Source of the DNA: Woeseiaceae bacterium
Lineage (GTDB): Bacteria; Pseudomonadota; Gammaproteobacteria; Steroidobacterales; Woeseiaceae
Direction of reading: 5' to 3'
NCBI GenBank assembly: GCA_028227395.1
Contig: JAOIZZ010000003.1
Span: forward strand, 63,077-127,076
DNA length: 64,000 nucleotides
The notes below the pieces were generated by a model. It searched no databases. It saw nothing but the letters and a program-made list of their open reading frames with translations, and had not been told where the DNA came from. Below, piece by piece: positions 18,438 through 27,166 of the stretch. The translations under genes were made by a program, and so were the position numbers. Each line of letters starts with the position of its first letter. Position 1 is the first letter of the stretch.

Positions 18438-20072
18438 TTATTGAGTTGAGTCAGAGTCATCATTTAATAACGACTTAATCAGTGAAATAACCATAAGTGC
18501 CATGACCACTGAAAACGGCAGAGCCCCTATAATCATTATTGATCGCAATGCCTCCATTCCTCCAGCTGCTAACAATACGCCGATAAGAATCGAGAATAGG
18601 ATCCCCCAAATTACTATATGTTTAGCTTGTTTTTGACTTTGACTACCACCTGATGCCAGCGTAGTGATGATCAAAATACCTGAATCTGCTGAAGTGATTA
18701 AAAACGTTAATAGTAATGTCACAATGATTAAGGAGAGCGCGATGGATAATCCCGGTGAAAGTATTAAATTAATTGTTTCGAATAATTGCGCTGAAATATC
18801 TGCATTAACGATGGCACCCTGAGCGATATCACTCAGTTCAAGATCAATTGCTGTAGCACCGATGAAGGTGATCCATACCAAGCAGATCAAAGAAGGAATA
18901 ATCATTGCGCCGATGACATATTCGCGAATGGTCCTGCCTCGAGAGACGCGGGCTAAAAATAAACCGACAAAAGGAGCGAAAGCGATCCACCAGGCCCAAT
19001 AAAATATAGTCCAAGTACTTTGCCATCCTTGTAATGCAGCAGAGGGTTCAACGCCGTTATCTTTCCAAACGGTGGTAGACATCGATGGAAGGGCGATCAG
19101 ATAATCCCATATCGTGTAAAAAAAGGTTTCTAAGGCAAAAAAGGTAGCGCCAAATAAAATGAAAAAGGCAATTAAGAAAACCGATAAACTCATATTAATA
19201 TTTGACAACCACTTGATGCCTTTTTGTAAACCCGACATAGCAGAAACACAAGAAGCACTAACGATTAGAGTTAATCCGAATAACTGAGCTAGAAGAGTTG
19301 GCTTCCCGCTGCCATCTATCAACCACGTTGCACCACTTATATTGAAAAGGCCAGAGGCAAATTGTGATACACCATAACCAATCGTCACACTTAGACCAAC
19401 GATAGTGGCTAAGATAGCAACGATATCCACAACGTGTCCCGCGCCGCCCGACATAGCTCGGCCAAAAAGAGGTTGTAAGGCACTTCGAATTGTTAGAGGC
19501 AGGTTACGATTATAGGATAAATATCCCAGTGAAATACCAATCACACCATAACAAGCCCAAGGCGTGAGGCCATAGTGCAACATAGCCCATTTATAGGCAT
19601 TACGAACATTATTTTCATCCAGTCCAGTGGCTAATCCTTTGATCGTGTCAGGGTTAGTGGTGAAGTGAGAAAGAGGTTCAGCAGTAGAATAAGTAAGCAT
19701 CCCTATACCTATACCAGCACCAAACATCATCGAGATCCATGAGAAGGTACTAAATTCTGGTTTTTCATTAGGCTTACCCAGTTTTATATGAGCCGTGCGA
19801 GGCCAAAATCCAAGGCATAAACAAGCAATGGTATAAAATGCAGTGACATAGACATACCAGGTCCCAAAGGTTTCAGTCGACCAATTTTGTGCTTCCAATA
19901 ATATTTGGCCGGTAGTGGAAGGTGAGATAGCCACCCACATAATGAGCCCACCAATTAATAATTTTGGTATCACAGCAACAACACGATTAAAGCCTTTGTA
20001 GAATCCAGACTGATCTGTATTTATGAATACAGCTGGTTGCTGCTGACTTGAGGGTGAATTATCCAAGATCAT
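18438..20072 (-). CDS. BCCT family (betaine/carnitine/choline) transporter, copy 1
   Basis: 544 aa. BCCT signature WTIFYWAWWIAFAPFVGLFLARVSRGRTIREY. Confidence 0.85.
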   Translation of the reverse strand: MILDNSPSSQQQPAVFINTDQSGFYKGFNRVVAVIPKLLIGGLIMWVAISPSTTGQILLEAQNWSTETFGTWYVYVTAFYTIACLCLGFWPRTAHIKLGKPNEKPEFSTFSWISMMFGAGIGIGMLTYSTAEPLSHFTTNPDTIKGLATGLDENNVRNAYKWAMLHYGLTPWACYGVIGISLGYLSYNRNLPLTIRSALQPLFGRAMSGGAGHVVDIVAILATIVGLSVTIGYGVSQFASGLFNISGATWLIDGSGKPTLLAQLFGLTLIVSASCVSAMSGLQKGIKWLSNINMSLSVFLIAFFILFGATFFALETFFYTIWDYLIALPSMSTTVWKDNGVEPSAALQGWQSTWTIFYWAWWIAFAPFVGLFLARVSRGRTIREYVIGAMIIPSLICLVWITFIGATAIDLELSDIAQGAIVNADISAQLFETINLILSPGLSIALSLIIVTLLLTFLITSADSGILIITTLASGGSQSQKQAKHIVIWGILFSILIGVLLAAGGMEALRSIMIIGALPFSVVMALMVISLIKSLLNDDSDSTQ

Positions 20073-20105
20073 TGCTCCTAATAATTATTGTAAGTAACTT
20101 TTTAG

Positions 20106-20867
20106 TTATTCACCCGCACCAAGTCGGGATTGTTCACTTGCTTCGACTAATATCTGATCAGCTATATGCAAGAGCTTTGTATATTGAGTAGCCTCAATAT
20201 CAAGACCACTTGTTATTTTCTCATTAAAACGTTGTTTAAATTCACATGCTAGAATTTCTTGAGTCACTTTTCCTTTTTGTGAAACAGGTGGAATCTTTAA
20301 ATAAGACTCAATGGAATTAATACTATGTTTAGAGCATATCAAATCTAATTCAGACTTGTTATTGAGTATTGAATTATTTATTTTTATTGTTGAAAAATTT
20401 GGATACATTTCATTAGGATTGATACTCGCTGAATACAGTAAATTTTTTTCTGGTTCTGCCCACCATGCTTTCGCGTAATAACCATATTGACTGCATTTAA
20501 TGAGGTTAGGGAGAATAACAATAGGCTTAAGCGTATTGTTGATAATAGAATGACAGAAATTATCTTGATGGCATTTTGCTAATGTCATATCAGTAATAAT
20601 ACTGCCTGTATGAATGAGGCTATGTTTTTGATTATCAAAGACAAAACATTTTTTCTTATCCTTTAAAAGGATAGGTGTGAGATTTAATTTTTTAGGGTTC
20701 ACGTCAGTTATTCCTAGAAAATTAATAATTCCCAAAAGATCGTGAATTTCAAGCCATTGAATGATTGCTGCTGTATCTTCGAAATCATATTTATGACCAT
20801 AATATGATTCACAGGCACGATTTAGCAGGGCTTTGAATTCATTGATTGAAATTCTAATGAATTTCAT
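20106..20867 (-). CDS. hypothetical protein (253 aa), no motif recognised
   Basis: AAGGAA SD before the ATG at 20867. It overlaps the upstream gene by 14 nt and looks soluble. It is possibly related to the small DUF proteins found beside M19-like genes in betaine loci, but that is memory only. Confidence 0.6.
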   Translation of the reverse strand: MKFIRISINEFKALLNRACESYYGHKYDFEDTAAIIQWLEIHDLLGIINFLGITDVNPKKLNLTPILLKDKKKCFVFDNQKHSLIHTGSIITDMTLAKCHQDNFCHSIINNTLKPIVILPNLIKCSQYGYYAKAWWAEPEKNLLYSASINPNEMYPNFSTIKINNSILNNKSELDLICSKHSINSIESYLKIPPVSQKGKVTQEILACEFKQRFNEKITSGLDIEATQYTKLLHIADQILVEASEQSRLGAGE

Positions 20868-22581
20868 TTCCTTTGCTCATTTGATTATTTGGCATGATAG
20901 GGAAGATCCAATCATCTTTATATTTAGAGCCAATATCAGAGGTAATTGGCGCTCCTTGGAACATCGTATTACGAACCCATAGTCGAGACTTAGGATCAAA
21001 TTTTCCAACGCCAAAAAACGATAACTTACAGCGCAATAAATGTATTGGCAGCACATCTTTATCAAGTAAATTTGCTTGTATTTCACCGTATTTTGTTTTT
21101 GCCATTGTTTGTATACGCCGAATAATTTGACGATGCTCGGGGTATGCGAATACGAATTCAGCAACATTATTAATTTTTATTTCTGGAGGTAATTTTTTAA
21201 GAGTCGAATGACATTGTTCAACAGCCCGAGCAATACCGATCAGTATTTCTTTTTCAGCGCCCTGATCAATGTCTCTATCACCAAGTCTTGGCTCCATTTT
21301 TTCTTCAGATCGATACCAGAAAACAGCATTTGCACTTTTGGAATTGAAATCGTATTGCAACGCCCATTGATATTGCTTTTCTATAATTTGTCTGAGATCC
21401 AATAATTTCATTTCTGGAGACAGTGCGTATATTTCCTCGATGTCATGGTTTTCTTCTAGAGACAATACTTCTTCAGGGTGGATTTCGATTAAAATGGTAT
21501 TAATGAGTTCTTGCGCTTCAACATTATAGTGGTTGGTTACATAGTCTATAAATTGACCCCACTCTTGAAGAGTTTCTTTGTTCAGCCACTGTATGATCGA
21601 GCCTAGGGATTGACTGGCCTCTAGATTAATTTTATTTTGCGACTCATTATTGGTCGTTATTTCATTTAAATGAATGATGGCACGTTGTATCAATAAATTC
21701 AGAGCTTGCAGGGTATTTTTATTTGGTAGTGTATGGCTTATAACTTGTGCTAATGCTAATTCTCTCGTTTCGATCCAGCTATTGATTAATAAAGGATGCT
21801 TGATTAAAAAAGGCGCCATTCCAAGACCAGTAGCATTACCAATCCCAAAATACCTTTTTATGTCATCATCGAGACGAACTGCTAACTCAGGTGCACGCTT
21901 GAATGCAATATGATCGGCTTGATCTAGGCTGAACTGTCTGATCATAAAACAAGCAAACATTTCAGCTGAAAATGGCTCTTTGAAGTCTTGATAAGCTAAT
22001 TTTATTTTGCCCCAATCAGCCATTCCGAATTTACCGCTTCCATACACAGCCGTTGTTCGATACAAATAGCCAACCTCATTAATTTTTTTGATACAAGGCT
22101 GCATACCAGAACTGAGTTGATTGACCACATATTCAAAGTTACGGCTGCTTTTATTGGCTCTTGATAACACTAGACTTTCTGCTGACATTCTACCTTTTTC
22201 TTGGCGTGGCACATTTTCTTTCAGCGTCTCTAATTCATCTGGTTTAAAGGGTCCATGCCGAAGCGTAACAGTCATGTCCCAAGCCTCTGCAATCACTCTA
22301 TCTGTTCGAATAGTGCTATCTAGAAAATTGGCAAATACGACAAAATGATAACAAGTGCTTGGAGTGGTTATCTCATAAACAGTTTCACCATAACCCTCTT
22401 TGTCTAAATTAAACAAGACGCGATTAATGCTCCACTGCTCTTGCATAACTTTTCTCATTAACTTTCGCATAAAACTAAGTTTATAAGGATAAAAGCTTCC
22501 TAGTCGATTGAGATCCATGACTTTTGCTGGGCTTCTTAAGCTCGTTTTTGCTTGCTTAAGGCTGTGATTATGATTATTCAT
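20854..22581 (-). CDS. hypothetical protein (575 aa), no motif recognised
   Basis: A long uninterrupted ORF whose ATGA overlaps the M19-like gene stop. It has no TM segment, signal peptide, P-loop or other cofactor motif visible to me. Confidence 0.65.
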   Translation of the reverse strand: MNNHNHSLKQAKTSLRSPAKVMDLNRLGSFYPYKLSFMRKLMRKVMQEQWSINRVLFNLDKEGYGETVYEITTPSTCYHFVVFANFLDSTIRTDRVIAEAWDMTVTLRHGPFKPDELETLKENVPRQEKGRMSAESLVLSRANKSSRNFEYVVNQLSSGMQPCIKKINEVGYLYRTTAVYGSGKFGMADWGKIKLAYQDFKEPFSAEMFACFMIRQFSLDQADHIAFKRAPELAVRLDDDIKRYFGIGNATGLGMAPFLIKHPLLINSWIETRELALAQVISHTLPNKNTLQALNLLIQRAIIHLNEITTNNESQNKINLEASQSLGSIIQWLNKETLQEWGQFIDYVTNHYNVEAQELINTILIEIHPEEVLSLEENHDIEEIYALSPEMKLLDLRQIIEKQYQWALQYDFNSKSANAVFWYRSEEKMEPRLGDRDIDQGAEKEILIGIARAVEQCHSTLKKLPPEIKINNVAEFVFAYPEHRQIIRRIQTMAKTKYGEIQANLLDKDVLPIHLLRCKLSFFGVGKFDPKSRLWVRNTMFQGAPITSDIGSKYKDDWIFPIMPNNQMSKGNEIH

Positions 22582-23582
22582 GAGTCTTTATTAGGCATGG
22601 GCGGAAAGGACGACAAGAAGAAATTTAACCAATTTTTACCCATGATTTTTTCTATGTCATGATCACTGAAACTTACAGCTTGAAGGCCATCAATTAAGTT
22701 TTGGAATCCCAAATTATTTTTAAACCAGTCTGGTTGTTTGGGCCATGCAGGTTGTTCAGCATTACCTTCACCAAAGTCAGGTGTGAGTGCCCATCGGCCA
22801 CTGCGCATCCATTCTAAGATGGTATAGTCCCAGTTAAGACATAAATCTGAGCCAATACCAATGCGATCTATACCCATAAATTCAGCTGTGTCATAGATCA
22901 TATTGCAAAATTCTTCTAAGGTGCAATCAGAACCTTTAGCAAGGTGAAAAGGGTAAAGACTCACGCCTAGCATACCTTTAGATTCACTGAGATTCTTGAG
23001 AACATCATTTGATTTATTTCTTAATGCTGCGTGGAAAGTAGTTGGATTTGCATGCGTGATTGCAATTGGTCGAGTAGAAATTTCCATGGCTTGTAAGGTT
23101 GAATATTCAGCACTGTGCGACATATCGATGATCATACCGAGACGATTCATTTCTTTGATAGCCACTTTGCCAAACCGAGTGATGCCTGAATCTCTCTCTT
23201 CATAGCAACCAGTGGCAAGTAGGCTTTGATTGTTATAACTGAGTTGCATTATACGTGCGCCTAGATGATGCATTTCTTCAATAAGACGAACATCGTCTTC
23301 CACGGGAGAGCAATTTTGAAAGCCAAAGATAATACCAATTTTATTATTATCTTGAGCGACTTGAATGTCCTCAGCACTTCTGATTGGCATAATAAGATCA
23401 GCATGTTCTGTGAATTGTTTGTTCCAGTTATCAATATTTTGAATGACTTCTTTTCGATTTTCCCAATAGGCGATAGTGACATGAATCACATTAAGACCGC
23501 CGCGCTTCGCTTCTTTAAAAAGTTCTCGATTCCAATTTACATATTGGAGGCAATCAATAATTAATATGTCATTGGTATTCAT
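22578..23582 (-). CDS. peptidase M19 (renal dipeptidase) family homologue with a degenerate metal site
   Basis: 334 aa. It is collinear with DPEP1 motifs: IIDMSHS, AITHANP and GIGSD are conserved. IIDCLQY replaces VIDGHND and GFQN replaces GVEG. The start shares one nt with the ALDH stop (TAATG). Confidence 0.75.
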   Translation of the reverse strand: MNTNDILIIDCLQYVNWNRELFKEAKRGGLNVIHVTIAYWENRKEVIQNIDNWNKQFTEHADLIMPIRSAEDIQVAQDNNKIGIIFGFQNCSPVEDDVRLIEEMHHLGARIMQLSYNNQSLLATGCYEERDSGITRFGKVAIKEMNRLGMIIDMSHSAEYSTLQAMEISTRPIAITHANPTTFHAALRNKSNDVLKNLSESKGMLGVSLYPFHLAKGSDCTLEEFCNMIYDTAEFMGIDRIGIGSDLCLNWDYTILEWMRSGRWALTPDFGEGNAEQPAWPKQPDWFKNNLGFQNLIDGLQAVSFSDHDIEKIMGKNWLNFFLSSFPPMPNKDS

Positions 23583-25021
23583 TATGAAGAAATATAGGTC
23601 GTTTTAACGATAGTATAAAACTCTTTAGCATAGGATCCCTGCTCACGAGGCCCATAGCTTGAAGATTTTCTGCCACCGAACGGGACATGGTAATCGGTTC
23701 CAGCGGTTGGTAGGTTAACCATTACACAGCCCGATTCAGAATGTCGTTTAAAGTGATTGGCTTGTTTGAGTGATTGAGTAATAATCCCTGAAGTTAGACC
23801 AAAATCAGAGTCATTAGAGATGGCCAATGCGTCTTCATAACTCTTAGCTTTTATAACGCAAGCAATTGGTCCGAATACTTCCTCACGATTAATTTCCATC
23901 TGATTATTAGTTTCTGTAAATAAGGTAGGACGCATATAAAATCCATTATGACTCACCGTTATTGATTCATCACCAACTATCATTTTAGCGCCAGCTTTTT
24001 GAGCAGATGCTATGTATTTTTTATTTTGTTCAAATTGACGTGAATCAACCACAGGACCAATTTGTGTTGTCTTATCTAATGCATTTCCGACAACCAATCC
24101 TTGTGTTGCTGTGATCATTTTTTCAACGAACTCATCATGAATGCCCGCTTCAACAATTAGTCTAGAGGATGCAGTGCATTTTTGTCCGGTACCAAAAAAT
24201 GCGCCGTTAATGGCGCATTGGACGGCAATATCAATATCAGCATCATTCAGGATGACCAGCGCATTTTTGCTGCCCATCTCTAATTGAATTCGTGTCATAT
24301 TTTTAATGGCTTTTTGTGCTATCAAGTTGCCTGTCTTGACTGAGCCTGTAAATGAAATAGCATCAATGTTTTTTGATTCTGAGAGTGTCTCACCAGCAAT
24401 ACTTCCTGGCCCTTGAATACAGTTAAATACACCTTTCGGTAAACCACTTCGATGCAATATATCAGCAAATGCAATTGCACTGGCTGGCACAATTTCAGAA
24501 GGTTTAAGGACAACACAATTACCAAAAGCAAGGGCTGGCGCTATTTTCCAGGCAGCAACTGCTATGGGGAAGTTCCAAGGCGTAATCACACCAATTACAC
24601 CTAATGGCTCTCTTGTGACTTCAACATTTATATTAGGTCGAGTGGAAGTGGCCAGTTCACCCATCTGCCTGAGAACTTCTGCGCCGAAGTATTGAAAGAA
24701 TTGTCCTGATCGATATACCTCACCAATGCCTTCAGCTAATGGTTTACCTTCTTCTCGCGCTATTAATTCACCAATTTCGGTACTGCAATTAATGAGCTCA
24801 TCGCCAATATAATCGAGTATTTTTTTTCTCTCTTCCAGTGAGCTGGCTGACCATTCAGTAAAAGCATCTCTAGCACTTTTGATTGCCAATAAACTGTCTT
24901 CTTTAGAGGCTGCATGAAAAGTACCAATACAATCTGTCGTATCAGAAGGATTGATGCTAGTGAATGATTGGCCATCATTAAACCATTGACCATTAATTAA
25001 GTTACTTCCTAAATTTGACAT
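23582..25021 (-). CDS. NAD(P)+-dependent aldehyde dehydrogenase (semialdehyde dehydrogenase-like)
   Basis: 479 aa. ITPWNFP, LEMGSKNA (catalytic Glu) and GQKCTASSR (catalytic Cys). Confidence 0.85.
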   Translation of the reverse strand: MSNLGSNLINGQWFNDGQSFTSINPSDTTDCIGTFHAASKEDSLLAIKSARDAFTEWSASSLEERKKILDYIGDELINCSTEIGELIAREEGKPLAEGIGEVYRSGQFFQYFGAEVLRQMGELATSTRPNINVEVTREPLGVIGVITPWNFPIAVAAWKIAPALAFGNCVVLKPSEIVPASAIAFADILHRSGLPKGVFNCIQGPGSIAGETLSESKNIDAISFTGSVKTGNLIAQKAIKNMTRIQLEMGSKNALVILNDADIDIAVQCAINGAFFGTGQKCTASSRLIVEAGIHDEFVEKMITATQGLVVGNALDKTTQIGPVVDSRQFEQNKKYIASAQKAGAKMIVGDESITVSHNGFYMRPTLFTETNNQMEINREEVFGPIACVIKAKSYEDALAISNDSDFGLTSGIITQSLKQANHFKRHSESGCVMVNLPTAGTDYHVPFGGRKSSSYGPREQGSYAKEFYTIVKTTYISS

Positions 25022-25090
25022 TTTTCCCTCAGATAAAGAATGTTTGCATATAAACTATACGTGAATCGATTACTAGTTATTGTAACTAAG

Positions 25091-27073
25091 TTAAACAAGA
25101 TCTCCCAATGCATTTTTAAGAGGCTGCAACCAGGGCTCATAGTTTTTCCATTGCTCTAATCCACTTTTATAGATGGGCTGTCTTACTTGTTCTGAACTAG
25201 GTGTTCTGACATTTCTTTTGGTTTGATGAAAGTTAATGCAATTTTCTTCAAAAGGAAGTTCACAATAATCAAGAATGCGATGCACTTCACGGTCTAAGTT
25301 AGCCACCACATTTTCATATTGAACACGAAGAATTTTCCCAGGAAGTATTTCATCCCAATGATCCATTACTTTTACGTAATCACGATAATAAGTTCCAATT
25401 TCCTCTAAACCATAAGAGAATTGTTGGCCACTGGCGAATAGCTGTTTGAAACCACTAAAGCAACAAGCCATTGGTTCTCGTCGTGCATCAATTATTTTTG
25501 CATTTGGAAGAATCAATCGTATTAAAGCAATATGTCGAAAATTATTGGGCATTTTATCAATAAAGTAAGGCGCTTTTTTTCGATGAATGCGAGTTTCTTC
25601 AATATAATTTTTACCGAAGGCCTTTAGTTTTTCAGGATCGAGTGTGCTTAAATTAGCAGGATAATCTGGCGTCTGATTGATGGTTTTTCTACCTGCGAGT
25701 TTATAGGCAAGTGCCGGAATGTTGGGTAATTCTAGAGTTCCTTCAACTTGAGAGTGTGAGGCTAAAATTTGCTCTAATAGGGTCGAGCCTGCTCTAGGTA
25801 ATCCGACTATAAAAATGGGGGCTGAATCTAGATGACCTTGATTATGTTTTGCATTAAATAGATCAACATTACAATGCGCTTGCTGTAAGGCAAGAATCTT
25901 AGTCATATTTTCTTTAGTATAGTTATGATTCGTTTTTTGTAAGGTATTACCTCTTTCATAATAATAGAATGATTTTTTGAATTGTTTTTGATCCTCATAA
26001 TGTTTGCCAAGGGCAAAACAAAGATGAATTCTGTTAGTTGCTACGGTGGCACTCATGGCCTCTTTTTCAGTCATTAAATTAACTTCTTGGTCGGTAAATT
26101 CATATGTCTTTAAATTAGCCATACTCCAATAAGCGTCACCAAAATCATTGCGTGCCGCATATGCTTTTCGATAAGCCTCAATTGCTTCGTCTTTTTTACC
26201 AATAGTTTTAAGGGCGTGCCCATGAACCAATCTTAGTTCTGGGTCATTTGGAGTAATTTTGTTTGCCTTGTCATAGATATTCAATGCTGTCTTGTAATCA
26301 CCTACTGCTATGGATTGATTAGCAAAAGCTATTTTATATTTAAGGTTGCTAGGTTCTCTCTTAATTAGGATTTTTGCTTGCTCAAGCGATTGCTTGTATT
26401 TTTGACGTCGATACAAAACAACCATATAGTCGTGCCTGGCAAAATTGTTTTCTGGTTCGAACTCAAGTGCTTTTTCGAGCAAAAATTCAGCGTCATCTAG
26501 AACGTCAGCAGCAACACCAAGGCTAGCTAATAAACGCATCCCCTCGACATTTTTTTTATTCTTTTGCAAAAATTGTCGACATAACTGTTCTGCATCATAG
26601 CTATGACCTTCAGAAATCATGTTACGAACGCTTAATAATTCATCGGGTAAGGCTTTTAATTTTTCATATTCGGTATTTGTGATTTTCGCGTTATCATGAT
26701 TGCCTTGTTTGGTATGGATTTTTGTTAAACCGGCCCAACTCGCTATTAAGGAGTTATTAAGCGAAACGGCATGTCGATAAGCATAAAGCGCCTGACTGGT
26801 GAATCCTGCAGCCATACAAACATGCCCTTCTTCTTGAAAAGCTCTGCCATATCCAGGGCGAATTTTTTTTAACTGTCTTAAGGTTGCAAGCGCCTCTTCT
26901 AGCCTATTAAGGTATCTTTGGCATACGGCTTTAATATAGAGGGCTTTTCCATTTTCAGGATATTGCTCGAGGATCACTTCTGTTTTTTTCTCAGCTTCAA
27001 CCAGACGACTGTTTACTAGAAGTGATCTTGCTTCTTCTAATGCAACTTCAATTTGTTCTTTATTATTCATCAT
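25091..27073 (-). CDS. TPR-repeat / sulfotransferase-domain protein
   Basis: 660 aa. The N-terminal roughly 400 aa are TPR-like. The C-terminal domain carries the PAPS 5'-phosphosulfate loop GLPRAGSTLLEQILASH and the later RxxxS region. Confidence 0.75.
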   Translation of the reverse strand: MMNNKEQIEVALEEARSLLVNSRLVEAEKKTEVILEQYPENGKALYIKAVCQRYLNRLEEALATLRQLKKIRPGYGRAFQEEGHVCMAAGFTSQALYAYRHAVSLNNSLIASWAGLTKIHTKQGNHDNAKITNTEYEKLKALPDELLSVRNMISEGHSYDAEQLCRQFLQKNKKNVEGMRLLASLGVAADVLDDAEFLLEKALEFEPENNFARHDYMVVLYRRQKYKQSLEQAKILIKREPSNLKYKIAFANQSIAVGDYKTALNIYDKANKITPNDPELRLVHGHALKTIGKKDEAIEAYRKAYAARNDFGDAYWSMANLKTYEFTDQEVNLMTEKEAMSATVATNRIHLCFALGKHYEDQKQFKKSFYYYERGNTLQKTNHNYTKENMTKILALQQAHCNVDLFNAKHNQGHLDSAPIFIVGLPRAGSTLLEQILASHSQVEGTLELPNIPALAYKLAGRKTINQTPDYPANLSTLDPEKLKAFGKNYIEETRIHRKKAPYFIDKMPNNFRHIALIRLILPNAKIIDARREPMACCFSGFKQLFASGQQFSYGLEEIGTYYRDYVKVMDHWDEILPGKILRVQYENVVANLDREVHRILDYCELPFEENCINFHQTKRNVRTPSSEQVRQPIYKSGLEQWKNYEPWLQPLKNALGDLV

Positions 27074-27106
27074 CTAATTTATTATTGATTATTTCGAAGA
27101 AAGAAA

Positions 27107-27130
27107 AAAGGCGAGCCTTAGCTCGCCTTT
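27107..27130 (-). terminator. rho-independent terminator after the TonB-dependent receptor gene
   Basis: AAAGGCGAGC-CTTA-GCTCGCCTTT forms a perfect 10-bp stem (GC-rich 7-bp core) with a 4-nt loop. On the minus strand a U6 run follows. It lies 37 nt after the receptor stop. Confidence 0.7.
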
Positions 27131-27166
27131 ATTTTCCTTCTGCGTAATAACTACGCTAACACTATA

